Assembly: GCA_963519305.1 (NCBI GenBank)
Contig: CAUQMS010000022.1
Coordinates: 1-24,000, forward strand
DNA length: 24,000 nt
Origin: an uncultured Enterobacterales bacterium
GTDB taxonomy: Bacteria > Pseudomonadota > Gammaproteobacteria > Enterobacterales > Enterobacteriaceae
Direction of reading: 5' to 3'
Shown: one piece after another, positions 7,539-16,330 of the stretch
Layout of the letters: each line of letters begins with the position of its first letter
Position numbering within the stretch: the stretch's first letter is position 1
The notes under the pieces: model-generated
Database searches by the model: none
What the model was told of the DNA's origin: nothing
What the model saw: the letters and a program-made list of their open reading frames with translations, nothing else
Made by a program: the position numbers and the translations under genes

Positions 7539-7898
7539 TCAAATACTTTGCGATTTACGCTTCTTCAGTTTGATACCCACCCAGAAAACCAGCACGACGC
7601 AAATCACCGACGGCAGGAAGTTGGATCCGATTTGCGGATACTCAGCCCGCACAATCGTGCTGTAAAGCAGCATCCCCAGCAGGAAACAGAGCGCAGACAA
7701 TGTCGGCAAGCCTTTGGGCATCTCACCTTTGTGGTAACGCAGGTGCAGGCAATATACGGCCAGCACCAGTGCAATGATTGGGAAAATAGAGAAAGCAACA
7801 ACGGAGCTAAACAGCGCGTCGAACGTGCCGCTGATCGACAGTCCGGAAATCAAAGCCAGGACCAGGGTGCCATTATCCTGGTTCGGTTGTTCGGTCAT
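7539..7898 (-). CDS. yijD: Inner-membrane protein YijD
   Basis: 119 aa, colinear with E. coli YijD (..NQD(N/R)GTL(V/L)LAL..GLSI.GTF.ALFSS...YCLH.RY...LLYST.VRAEYP.IGSNF). It sits immediately downstream of fabR, as in E. coli. Confidence 0.9.
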   Translation of the reverse strand: MTEQPNQDNGTLVLALISGLSISGTFDALFSSVVAFSIFPIIALVLAVYCLHLRYHKGEMPKGLPTLSALCFLLGMLLYSTIVRAEYPQIGSNFLPSVICVVLVFWVGIKLKKRKSQSI

Positions 7899-8550
7899 TT
7901 TCTGTACCTCTGGGCTTATTGATTGGAGACACCGCCGTTCTTTCCTGCTGACGGCGGTACCAGTAATACGCGCCTTTAGAAATCATCCGCAACTGGAGCA
8001 CCAGCCTTTCCTCCAGCTGACGTCGCTGAGCAATGTCCACATCCAGCGCTTCGGCACCGGCGTTGAACACGATGATCACCATGGCTTCTGCCTGCGCTTC
8101 GGTAAAACTGCGCGGCATATGGTTTTCGAGTTGCAAATAGTCAGCAAGTTCCGCAATGAAGTGCTGAATTTCACGGGCGACCGCGGCACGGAAGGCCGAA
8201 GAAGTGCCGGAACGCTCACGTAACAGCAGGCGGAAGGCATTGGGGTTATTGCCAATGAACTCCATAAAAGTGGAAACAGAAGTGCGGATCACGCTGCCGC
8301 CTTTGGCAATACGCTGGCGCGCCTGACGCATCAGTTGACGAAGCATTAACCCGCTCTCATCTACCATTGTCAGACCGAGTTCATCGACGTCACGGAAATG
8401 CCGGTAAAATGAGGTCGGCGCGATCCCGGCCTCGCGGGACACCTCACGCAAACTCAAGCTGGCAAAGCTGCGTTCGGCACTGAGTTGGCTGAACGCCGCC
8501 TCAATCAGTGAGCGACGCGTTCGCTCTTTTTGTTGTGCTCTTACGCCCAT
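7873..8550 (-). CDS. fabR: TetR-family repressor of unsaturated fatty-acid synthesis FabR
   Basis: [52 protein letters not shown]... is nearly identical to E. coli FabR through ...KGAYYWYRR. The start is placed at the conserved MGVRAQQ (8550); the ORF-track ATG at 8559 (MKVMGV) is an alternative. The 3' end overlaps the yijD start by 26 nt. Confidence 0.9.
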   Translation of the reverse strand: MGVRAQQKERTRRSLIEAAFSQLSAERSFASLSLREVSREAGIAPTSFYRHFRDVDELGLTMVDESGLMLRQLMRQARQRIAKGGSVIRTSVSTFMEFIGNNPNAFRLLLRERSGTSSAFRAAVAREIQHFIAELADYLQLENHMPRSFTEAQAEAMVIIVFNAGAEALDVDIAQRRQLEERLVLQLRMISKGAYYWYRRQQERTAVSPINKPRGTENDRTTEPG

Positions 8551-8762
8551 AACCTTCATACGGAGTCTTTTCTTCTTATTAGCTGTTAGCCCAATGCCAT
8601 TTCACTATACCAAAGTTTTTGATCGGCTGAGGTAAAGAAACTACAGCATAAAATGGGTCAGAATGTTGCGGTTTTCCCACGATTTGACAACTGCGTGTAG
8701 GGGAAACCGGACTAATATGTTACTTTCTCGTTGTTATTTTGTATAAAAATAGGTTTCGAACC

Positions 8763-10163
8763 ATGCAACAGCAATCTCATTTTGATGCCATCATCATTGG
8801 CTCAGGCCCGGGCGGAGAAGGCGCCGCAATGGGACTGGTAAAACAAGGGGCCAGAGTTGCGGTCATCGAACGCTATAATAACGTCGGTGGCGGCTGTACT
8901 CACTGGGGCACCATCCCTTCCAAAGCTTTGCGCCACGCCGTCAGCAGAATTATCGAATTCAACCAAAATCCGCTTTACAGCGACAACTCGCGCACCATGA
9001 GCTCCAGCTTCCCCGACATTTTACGCCATGCCGATTCAGTGATTAATCAGCAGACCCGTATGCGTCAGGGCTTCTACGAGCGCAACCAGTGCCAGCTATT
9101 TTCCGGTGATGCCAGCTTTGTTGACGAACATACCGTCAGCGTTCGCTATGCCGATGGCACGCATGAGCAGCTGACTGCCGACAATATTATTATTGCCTGC
9201 GGCTCACGCCCTTACCGTCCGCACGACGTGGACTTCAACCATCCGCGCATTTACGACAGTGACTTAATTCTTGAACTGAGCCACGAACCACGTCACGTCA
9301 TTATTTATGGCGCAGGCGTTATCGGCTGCGAATATGCGTCGATCTTCCGCGGACTGAATGTAAAAGTCGACTTAATCAACACCCGTGACCGCTTGCTGTC
9401 TTTCCTCGATCAGGAGATGTCAGACGCCCTTTCTTACCACTTCTGGAATAACGGTGTGGTCATCCGCCACAACGAAGAGTTCGAGAAAATCGAAGGGGTC
9501 GAAGATGGCGTGATCATGCATCTGAAATCCGGCAAGAAAGTGAAAGCGGATGCCCTGTTGTATGCCAACGGACGCACCGGGAACACGGACAAACTCGGAC
9601 TGGAAAATATCGGCCTGGTCGCCGACAGCCGCGGCCTGCTGAAAGTAAACAGTATGTACCAGACTGCACTGTCGCATATTTATGCAGTCGGCGATGTGAT
9701 TGGCTACCCGAGTCTGGCTTCTGCCGCTTACGACCAGGGACGCATTGCCGCGCAGGCGATGATTCAGGGTGAGGCAAAAGTGCACTTAATCGAAAATATT
9801 CCCACCGGTATTTACACCATTCCGGAAATCAGCTCCGTCGGCAAAACCGAGCAGGAACTGACGGCGATGAAAGTGCCTTACGAAGTGGGTCGCGCTCAGT
9901 TTAAACATCTGGCCCGAGCACAAATTGCCGGTATGAATGTAGGGAGTCTGAAGCTGCTCTTCCATCGTGAAACCAAGCAAATCCTGGGTATTCACTGCTT
10001 TGGAGAGCGTGCGGCGGAAATCATCCACATCGGTCAGGCGATCATGGAACAGAAAGGCGAAGGTAACACCATCGAGTATTTCGTTAATACGACCTTCAAC
10101 TATCCGACTATGGCTGAAGCCTACCGCGTTGCCGCACTGAACGGGTTAAACCGCCTGTTTTAA
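8763..10163 (+). CDS. sthA: Soluble pyridine nucleotide transhydrogenase SthA (UdhA)
   Basis: The ORF track starts at TTG 8739. ATG 8763 ([38 protein letters not shown]) gives 466 aa colinear with E. coli SthA to the shared C-terminus ...[14 protein letters not shown]. It has the FAD-binding GSGPGG and [13 protein letters not shown] motifs. Confidence 0.95.
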   Translation: MQQQSHFDAIIIGSGPGGEGAAMGLVKQGARVAVIERYNNVGGGCTHWGTIPSKALRHAVSRIIEFNQNPLYSDNSRTMSSSFPDILRHADSVINQQTRMRQGFYERNQCQLFSGDASFVDEHTVSVRYADGTHEQLTADNIIIACGSRPYRPHDVDFNHPRIYDSDLILELSHEPRHVIIYGAGVIGCEYASIFRGLNVKVDLINTRDRLLSFLDQEMSDALSYHFWNNGVVIRHNEEFEKIEGVEDGVIMHLKSGKKVKADALLYANGRTGNTDKLGLENIGLVADSRGLLKVNSMYQTALSHIYAVGDVIGYPSLASAAYDQGRIAAQAMIQGEAKVHLIENIPTGIYTIPEISSVGKTEQELTAMKVPYEVGRAQFKHLARAQIAGMNVGSLKLLFHRETKQILGIHCFGERAAEIIHIGQAIMEQKGEGNTIEYFVNTTFNYPTMAEAYRVAALNGLNRLF

Positions 10164-11066
10164 TGCAGCGGCTTCCATGTGCGCCTGCATGTGAACCTTG
10201 ATAGCTTCGGCAAGCTGCTCATAACGGCCACGCAGCGGGGAACCGGGACGATACACCAGAGCAATGGTGCGTCTCGGTTCCGGTTTGTCGCACACCAGAT
10301 AGGTTACGCCATCACGGCTGCGCTCTTTAGGTACGGCAAGCGCGGGTAACAGCGTAATACCACTGCCCGCCGCGACCATATTGCGCAGCGTTTCAAGACT
10401 GGTGGCACGGAAATGCGTGTCCTCATCAGCGCCGGCCTGGAAGCAGAAACCCAGTGCCTGATCGCGCAGACAGTGACCATCTTCCAGCATCAACAACTTT
10501 TCACCGGCCAGATCGGCCATCGCGACGCGTTCACGTGACGCCCACGGGTGTTCGTCATAAATCGCCAGTTTCATCGGCTCATCAAACAGCGGCACTTCGA
10601 TAAAAGCTTCGCTCTCTTTGACCAGCGCTAAAATCGCACAGTCGAGCTTGCCGCTGTCGAGCTGTGCCAGCAATTGCTGGGTCTGCGCTTCGTGCAGATA
10701 CATCTCGAGTTTCGGAAAGGTTTTGTGCAGTGTCGGAATGATTTGCGGCAGCAGATAAGGGCCGACCGTCGGGATAAGCCCGATATGCAGCGGGCCTGAC
10801 ATCGCTTCGCCCTGCTGGCTGGCCATCTCGCGCAACACTTTGACTTCTCGCAGTATGGTCCGCGCCTGATCCACCAGCAACAAACCTGCTTGAGTGAATA
10901 ACACTTTGCGACTGGTTCTTTCCAGCAGCATCACGCCCAGCTCATCTTCTAGCTTGCGGATCTGTCCGCTTAATGTCGGCTGGCTCACATGACAAGAATC
11001 AGCAGCACGGCGAAAATGACGAAACTCAGCCAGTGCGACCAAATACTCTAAATCCCGAATATTCAT
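10146..11066 (-). CDS. oxyR: LysR-family peroxide-sensing regulator OxyR
   Basis: ORF 10146..11126, trimmed to [44 protein letters not shown] (ATG 11066, SD GGAGG as rc of 11071-11075). The redox Cys pair lies in [15 protein letters not shown]. The gene is convergent with sthA, with an 18-nt overlap, as in E. coli. Confidence 0.95.
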   Translation of the reverse strand: MNIRDLEYLVALAEFRHFRRAADSCHVSQPTLSGQIRKLEDELGVMLLERTSRKVLFTQAGLLLVDQARTILREVKVLREMASQQGEAMSGPLHIGLIPTVGPYLLPQIIPTLHKTFPKLEMYLHEAQTQQLLAQLDSGKLDCAILALVKESEAFIEVPLFDEPMKLAIYDEHPWASRERVAMADLAGEKLLMLEDGHCLRDQALGFCFQAGADEDTHFRATSLETLRNMVAAGSGITLLPALAVPKERSRDGVTYLVCDKPEPRRTIALVYRPGSPLRGRYEQLAEAIKVHMQAHMEAAALKQAV

Positions 11067-11097
11067 AAATCCTCCATTCCCATAGCGGGTCGCGACG

Positions 11098-11134
11098 ATA
11101 GCTCGCGGCGATAGATAAGATAGCAATCAACGAT
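11098..11134. promoter_or_regulatory. Candidate OxyR binding site in the oxyR / prx-grx divergent region
   Basis: ATAG(11098)-7 nt-CGAT(11109)-7 nt-ATAG(11120)-7 nt-CGAT(11131). The spacing matches the OxyR consensus ATAGnt-n3-anCTAT-n7-ATAGnt-n3-anCTAT exactly, with CGAT in place of CTAT. The site is 32-68 nt upstream of the oxyR ATG and abuts a weak -35 / AATAAT (11158-11163) candidate promoter facing the peroxiredoxin gene. Confidence 0.55.
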
Positions 11135-11237
11135 TATAACTATCAACAACAATCGTCAATAATGTCCCCCATCGAAACGGCGCAGCCAAAAAATCAGTTT
11201 TATTTGTTTTTTATTAAGAAAAATTAAGAGGTTATTC

Positions 11238-11996
11238 ATGTTTGCAAGCCACGAAGGGAAACAAGTACCGCAAGTTACATTTCATACCCGTCAGGGCGAT
11301 CAATGGGTGGATCTCACCAGCGATAAGTTATTTAAAAATAAGACGGTGATCGTGTTTTCATTACCGGGTGCCTTCACGCCGACCTGCTCTTCAAGCCATT
11401 TGCCTCGTTATAACGAACTGGCGGGCGTATTTAAGAGCCGCGGCGTAGACAGCATCCTGTGCGTTTCCGTCAACGATACTTTCGTCATGAATGCATGGAA
11501 GGCCGAGCAGAGCGCCGCCAACATCACCTTCATTCCTGACGGCAACGGCGAATTCACCCAAGGTATGGGCATGCTGGTTGAGAAAGCTGACTTAGGCTTC
11601 GGTCCGCGCTCATGGCGTTACTCCATGCTGGTGCGTAACGGCGTGGTAGAAAAAATGTTTGTCGAACCGAACAAACCAGGCGACCCGTTTGAAGTGTCCG
11701 ACGCCGACACCATGCTGAAATATCTGGCCCCGGATTTTAAAGTGCAGGAGTCCGTGTCGATCTTCACCAAACCGGGCTGTCCGTTCTGCTCCAAAGCAAA
11801 ACAAATGCTGCAGGAACGCGGCATGCAATATGAAGAGATTGTATTAGGTAAAGATGCGACAACAGTCAGTCTGCGCGCCGTAACAGGCCGCGCAACGGTG
11901 CCACAAGTCTTTATCGGAGGTCGCCACATCGGGGGAAGCGACGATCTGGATGTCTATCTGAACAGCGAAGCTGAAGTGTGCGAAGTCGCGCAATAA
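11238..11996 (+). CDS. Hybrid peroxiredoxin-glutaredoxin (Prx5-type peroxidase fused to Grx; PGdx/PrxA-like)
   Basis: 252 aa. The N-terminal Prx5 domain carries the peroxidatic Cys in [10 protein letters not shown]. The C-terminal glutaredoxin domain carries [11 protein letters not shown] and [18 protein letters not shown] good SD (AAGAGG, 11226-11231) precedes the start. The gene is divergent from oxyR. Confidence 0.9.
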   Translation: MFASHEGKQVPQVTFHTRQGDQWVDLTSDKLFKNKTVIVFSLPGAFTPTCSSSHLPRYNELAGVFKSRGVDSILCVSVNDTFVMNAWKAEQSAANITFIPDGNGEFTQGMGMLVEKADLGFGPRSWRYSMLVRNGVVEKMFVEPNKPGDPFEVSDADTMLKYLAPDFKVQESVSIFTKPGCPFCSKAKQMLQERGMQYEEIVLGKDATTVSLRAVTGRATVPQVFIGGRHIGGSDDLDVYLNSEAEVCEVAQ

Positions 11997-12055
11997 GACG
12001 ACGCGTAAAGATAAGAATTACGATAATAAAACGAAGTAAATTTACGTGAACATTC

Positions 12056-12082
12056 GGCGGGCCTGGTGCCCGCCTTTTTTTC
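12056..12082 (+). terminator. Rho-independent terminator after the prx-grx gene
   Basis: GGCGGGC-CTGGT-GCCCGCC (12056-12074), followed by TTTTTTT (12075-12081). Confidence 0.85.
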
Positions 12083-12200
12083 ATTATAAAACCAGAGTAC
12101 AGAAACCGGACCTTAGCGCATTTTTTCTTCCGCCATTCCTGAGACACTCCCTGCCTGACTTTTCACCATTCGCCATAAAATCAAAAACGCGTGTAACCTC

Positions 12201-13211
12201 ATGAGCACAAAGTCGCTGCGTCATAAAATTACTCAACAGGATGTCGCCACGCTGGCCGGAGTATCGGTGACCACCGTTTCGCTGGTGCTGGGGGGAAAAG
12301 GACGCATTTCGCCAGAGAGCGTCTCAAGAATTTATCAGGCTATTGATACGCTGGGCTATCAGCGCAAGGCCGAACCCGCGATGTTGCCGGGCCTGGTCGG
12401 CATCATCCTGCCTTATCATTGTCACTTTTCTACCCGTCTGCTTCCTGCGCTTTCTCAGGCATTGCAGCATGCCGGCAAGTCAGTGACCCTCATTTACAGC
12501 GAGACCTCCGATGCCGCATTACGGGACGCCAGTGACAAATTGCTGGCTCTGGGCGTCTGTGGTCTGGTGTTATGCGGGCAGTTCAGCGGTGCCGCAACCC
12601 TGAGGCTGAGAATGCTGGCGCGCCATATTGCGCTGGTCGGCCTGATGCCGCATTTGGGGTCCGGAGCCATTCCGGCGATCTGTCCCGATAATGCTCAGGC
12701 AGCGCAGCTGGCAGTAGAAAATCTACTGAATCAGCAACATACAGCCATCGCGTATCTGGGCGGCGAGAGCAATTCGATGGTCAGGGCCGAACGCCTCGGT
12801 GGTTTGGCGAACGCGCTGGGTAAGGCGGGGCTGGCCTTCAACCCGGCACTGAGCTTGCCCTGCCCGGCGACCGTCTCAGAAGCCTCGCAGGCAGTTGCCC
12901 GGTTGTTGAAACAGCAACCGCGCCCGACGGCAATACTCTGCGATAACCCTACCGTGTTGCTTGCCGCACACCATGTACTGTCAGGCGGTAGCCACGCCAG
13001 CAAATGGCGCCTGTTTTCCCGCCCCTTAACCCTCACAGGTTTTGGTGAATCTGACGAAGCACAAAAACTGTCCCTTCCGCTGGTGACCATCCCCCTGACT
13101 TCTCTGGCCGCACGCGCAACGGAATGCCTGCAATACCAATTAAATGGCGAAACCCTTTCTTGTGATGATCCGCGTTTAATCGTTGCAGGTCGCTCACTTC
13201 CCGTCAGGTAA
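12201..13211 (+). CDS. LacI/GalR-family transcriptional regulator
   Basis: 336 aa. The N-terminal HTH is ITQQDVATLAGVSVTTVSLVLGGKGRISPESVSRIYQAIDTLGYQ, followed by a periplasmic-binding-protein-like sugar-binding fold (..VGIILP.., ..IAYLGG..). No obvious SD precedes ATG 12201, so the start is less certain. Confidence 0.85.
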   Translation: MSTKSLRHKITQQDVATLAGVSVTTVSLVLGGKGRISPESVSRIYQAIDTLGYQRKAEPAMLPGLVGIILPYHCHFSTRLLPALSQALQHAGKSVTLIYSETSDAALRDASDKLLALGVCGLVLCGQFSGAATLRLRMLARHIALVGLMPHLGSGAIPAICPDNAQAAQLAVENLLNQQHTAIAYLGGESNSMVRAERLGGLANALGKAGLAFNPALSLPCPATVSEASQAVARLLKQQPRPTAILCDNPTVLLAAHHVLSGGSHASKWRLFSRPLTLTGFGESDEAQKLSLPLVTIPLTSLAARATECLQYQLNGETLSCDDPRLIVAGRSLPVR

Positions 13212-13248
13212 AATTTATTCCCCGTAAAATTTTACCTGTTTTATTTAT
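13205..13248 (+). terminator. Terminator-like hairpin after the LacI-family gene
   Basis: A perfect 11-bp inverted repeat, CAGGTAAAATT (13205-13215) / AATTTTACCTG (13228-13238), is followed by TTTTATTTAT. The stem is AT-rich and includes the TAA stop, so its strength is uncertain. It may allow read-through into the peptidase-PTS operon. Confidence 0.5.
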
Positions 13249-13330
13249 CATTCCTGCACCACGCCTTTTGACCCCTTCCCGCTCAGCCCCGATGCTGTGG
13301 TTAATCTTCACCCAACCGCACAGGACTGTG

Positions 13331-14710
13331 ATGACTGACTTTGCCAGACTGGCCCAACAACGGATTGATGAATTTCTGCATCTGCTGAAGGAGTGGGTTG
13401 CGATCCCCTCAGCGTTTGATGCCGACACCCGCAGCGAAGGCCAGCCTTTTGGTCAGGGAGTCAGCGAAGCACTGGCCTGGTGGAAAAATCTCGGTGACCG
13501 CGCCGGGCTCAGTACGCTCAATGTCGATGACCACGCCGTGCACATCGAATACGGCTCGGGCGACGAAATTGTGTACGTTTTCGGCCACTGTGACGTCGTA
13601 CCTGCCGGTGAAGGCTGGCATCACCCGCCCTATCAGCTGACCCGGTTGGGCGATAAATTGATTGGCCGTGGCGTGATGGATGACAAAGGCCCGATGATTG
13701 CCGCCTGGCTGGCACTGGATATTTTGCGCGAACTGAAATTGCCGCTGCGCCGCCGGATCCGGCTGGTCGCAGGCGGCAACGAAGAAACGGGGTTTCGCTG
13801 CATACGCCGCTATTTTCAGTCACAGCCTCACCCCACTTTTGCTTTCACCCCGGACGCCAAATTCCCGGTGATTTATGGAGAGAAAGGATCACTGCTGGTA
13901 CACATCACGGTACCGGTCGATCAGCCCGCGTTGCGGGTCAGCTGCGGCAGCGTGGTAAATACCATTCCCAATATGGCGCGTATTAGCGGGCTGCCGCTGG
14001 CGACCTCCGACTGGCGTTTGGCGGAGGGTTTTACCCTGATTGCCGAACCGCATGGCCACTATCAGTTGCACGGCCGTGGCGGCCACTCGTCAAAACCGGA
14101 GCCCTGCCTGAACCCGATTCAGGCCACCAGCCTGTTACTTGAGCAGCTCTGTCACACCGGCTGGAGCGCGCAACTACGTGAAATCACCGATGAGCATTAC
14201 GGGCAGAGCGGTGTGCGGTTTGGCCTGGATCAGCCCGGAGAGTGCGGAAAAATTCTGCTGGTCCCCACAGTGCTTAACATCGCCAACGGCGAAATGCGTC
14301 TGACGCTGAACGTCCGATACCCGGAAAATCTCAGCGCGGACACGATTTATCAGCAGCTGGCCGGCTGGAGCAACCGTTGGCCCGCCAGCCAGTTGACGAT
14401 GGAACCGGTGAAGTCCCCCTGTTTGTATCCGCCAGACAGCCCGCTGGTACGCACTCTGCACGACATCTATGTCCGCCACACCGGCGATCGCAACCATCCT
14501 TCCCGCACCACCGGCGCGGGAAGCTATGCCAGTGAAATGCGTAACGCGGTGATTTTCGGCTGCGAATTTCCCGATGGCTCTTCCGGAAATACCCACGGCG
14601 CAGAGGAATTCGGCAGCTTATGCCGTTTCGTCAGTGCCATCGGCATGTACGCCGAAGCCCTGTATCAGCTGGCAAATCTGCCCGCATCTTCCGACCACCC
14701 TGAGAGGTAA
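13331..14710 (+). CDS. M20-family dipeptidase (PepV/Sapep-like)
   Basis: ORF 13268..14710, trimmed to MTDFARLAQQRIDEFLHLLKEWVAIPS (ATG 13331, SD AGGA at 13322-13325). The N-terminal length then matches PepV-type enzymes. Metal and catalytic motifs GHCDVVPAGEGW, GRGVMDDKGP and GGNEETG are present, and the C-terminal part (GAGSYAS..., NTHGAEEF) is PepV-like. Confidence 0.85.
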   Translation: MTDFARLAQQRIDEFLHLLKEWVAIPSAFDADTRSEGQPFGQGVSEALAWWKNLGDRAGLSTLNVDDHAVHIEYGSGDEIVYVFGHCDVVPAGEGWHHPPYQLTRLGDKLIGRGVMDDKGPMIAAWLALDILRELKLPLRRRIRLVAGGNEETGFRCIRRYFQSQPHPTFAFTPDAKFPVIYGEKGSLLVHITVPVDQPALRVSCGSVVNTIPNMARISGLPLATSDWRLAEGFTLIAEPHGHYQLHGRGGHSSKPEPCLNPIQATSLLLEQLCHTGWSAQLREITDEHYGQSGVRFGLDQPGECGKILLVPTVLNIANGEMRLTLNVRYPENLSADTIYQQLAGWSNRWPASQLTMEPVKSPCLYPPDSPLVRTLHDIYVRHTGDRNHPSRTTGAGSYASEMRNAVIFGCEFPDGSSGNTHGAEEFGSLCRFVSAIGMYAEALYQLANLPASSDHPER

Positions 14711-14715
14711 AAAAT

Positions 14716-15036
14716 ATGTCTGCTAAAAAACTGATTGCTCTGTGCGCCTGCCCGATGGGCCTGGCCCATACCTTTATGGCGGCTGAGGCCATTGAGGTCG
14801 AAGCCCGTAAACGCGGTTATGAAGTGAAAGTGGAAACACAGGGTGCCGATGGTATTCAGAACGAACTGACGCCCGCCGACATCGCCGAAGCCACCGTGAT
14901 TATTCATGCCACCGGCATCACGCCGCAGAATCTGGAACGTTTTAATGGTTACGCGGTGTATGACGTCGAGCTGAAAGATGCCGTTAAAGATGCCGGCAGT
15001 CTGATTGATGAAATCGAGCAGGATCAGGCGCAGTAA
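14716..15036 (+). CDS. PTS fructose-family EIIB component (FryB/FrwB-like)
   Basis: 106 aa. The phosphorylation-site Cys motif KLIALCACPMGLAHTFMAAEA is typical of Fru-family IIB. The start is 5 nt after the M20 stop, with SD GAGAGG (14702-14707). Confidence 0.9.
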   Translation: MSAKKLIALCACPMGLAHTFMAAEAIEVEARKRGYEVKVETQGADGIQNELTPADIAEATVIIHATGITPQNLERFNGYAVYDVELKDAVKDAGSLIDEIEQDQAQ

Positions 15037-15081
15037 TACTTTCAGCCTCTTTTTCTTTCAATATCTTGAAGGAGTTACCTC

Positions 15082-16323
15082 GTGGCGATACATAAAAAAA
15101 TAATAAATACCGGGCACGATTCGACGCAGGAAAGCCCGGCGTCCCCAACTGGTTCGACAGGAAAAGGCGAAAGCCGCGCATGGAAAGAGTTCAGTAAACA
15201 CATCATGACCGGGATCTCCTACATGATCCCGGTGCTGATCATGGGTGGTCTGATTGGCGCGCTGTCGCAAATTATTCCGTATGTTTTTCTCGGCATGTCC
15301 CCGGATGAATCCATCATTGCAGCGCTCAACAGTGGCCGCTATACCGGCAGTTCGGTGTGGATGTTGCAGATTGCCAGCATCATGGAAAGCTTCGGCTTTA
15401 CCCTGTTTGGCTTTGCGATCCCGATGTTTGCGGCCTTTACTGCCAACTCCATTGGCGGAAAAACGGCGCTGGCGGCGGGCTTCATCGGCGGCTACGTGGC
15501 CATTAAACCGGTCGCAATTCCCACGCTGGTCACTGCCCAATGGTCGACCGTCGCCCCCGTGGCCTCGGGTTTCCTTGGTGCTATCGTCATTGCCTTTGTG
15601 GTCGGCTATTTCGTTCTTTGGCTGAACAAAACTATTAAGCTGCCTCACAGCTGGCTGGCGTTCAAAACCACCTTCTTTATTCCGCTGATCTCCGCCATCC
15701 TCGCTATGGTTTTGATGGTCTTTATCATCACACCTATTGGTGGCTGGCTGAATACGCTGATCAAAGAGGCCTTACAGGCCGCAGGCGCAGCGGGAACCTA
15801 CTTCTATGCCACGCTGTTAGCAGCGGCGACTGCGTTCGATCTCGGCGGTCCGGTCAACAAAGCGGCTGGGTTTGTGGCGCTCGGCTTTACCACTGAAAAA
15901 GTGTTACCCATCACTGCGCGCTGTCTGGCGATTGTCATCCCCTCCTTCGGCCTCGGGTTATCCACCGTGATCGACAAATGGCTGGTTGGCCGCCGGGTCT
16001 ACGACAAACAGTTCAACCAGATCGGCCGTACCGCGATTTTCCTGGGCTTCATGGGTATTTCAGAAGGCTCAATCCCGTTTGCGCTGGAACGTCCGGGTTT
16101 CGTGATCCCGGTGTATGTGCTGGGTGCCGTCATTGGCGCACTGCTTGGTGTCTCACTCGGCGCCGTACAATGGTTCCCTGAGTCGGCAATTTGGGCATGG
16201 CCGCTGATCACCAATATCCCGGCCTATCTGATTGGCCTGGCCGCAGGCTCACTGTTTATTGCCGTCACTTGCGTCTATTATCGCAACCACTTGATTAAAA
16301 AAGGCCTGTTACAGGTCGCGTAA
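15082..16323 (+). CDS. PTS fructose-family EIIC permease (FryC-like)
   Basis: 413 aa from GTG 15082 (SD GAAGGAG at 15068-15074, 7-nt spacing). It is polytopic and glycine-rich (IMTGISYMIPVLIMGGLIGA, FAIPMFAAFTANSIGGK, GPVNKAAGF, ISEGSIPFA). The N-terminus MAIHKK.. and the length resemble E. coli FryC as recalled from memory. Confidence 0.9.
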   Translation: MAIHKKIINTGHDSTQESPASPTGSTGKGESRAWKEFSKHIMTGISYMIPVLIMGGLIGALSQIIPYVFLGMSPDESIIAALNSGRYTGSSVWMLQIASIMESFGFTLFGFAIPMFAAFTANSIGGKTALAAGFIGGYVAIKPVAIPTLVTAQWSTVAPVASGFLGAIVIAFVVGYFVLWLNKTIKLPHSWLAFKTTFFIPLISAILAMVLMVFIITPIGGWLNTLIKEALQAAGAAGTYFYATLLAAATAFDLGGPVNKAAGFVALGFTTEKVLPITARCLAIVIPSFGLGLSTVIDKWLVGRRVYDKQFNQIGRTAIFLGFMGISEGSIPFALERPGFVIPVYVLGAVIGALLGVSLGAVQWFPESAIWAWPLITNIPAYLIGLAAGSLFIAVTCVYYRNHLIKKGLLQVA

Positions 16324-16330
16324 GAATATT

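Noticed and set aside
8684-8718. TTGACA (8684-8689) plus TAATAT (8713-8718) as the sthA promoter
   Set aside because: The spacer is 23 nt (21 nt to ACTAAT), outside the functional 16-18 nt range. The call was not reported as a promoter; the flanking inverted repeat is reported instead.
11174-11237. A full oxyS sRNA gene divergent from oxyR
   Set aside because: Only the first 7 nt are identical to the OxyS 5' end as recalled (11 of the first 16 match). No stem-loops or rho-independent terminator occur before the peroxiredoxin SD and ATG, so an independent sRNA gene cannot be supported.
12001-12050. Repeated ACGnnTAAA-like units and a GTAAATTTAC palindrome (12036-12045) between the prx-grx stop and its terminator
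   Set aside because: The motifs are short, AT-rich and degenerate, in a 3' UTR. They are compatible with chance in low-complexity sequence, and no functional model is supported.
15058-15648. A 196-aa minus-strand ORF antisense to the PTS IIC gene
   Set aside because: This is a shadow ORF of a GC-rich membrane-protein gene. Its composition is highly basic and Gly/Arg/Asp-rich, and it has no start context.
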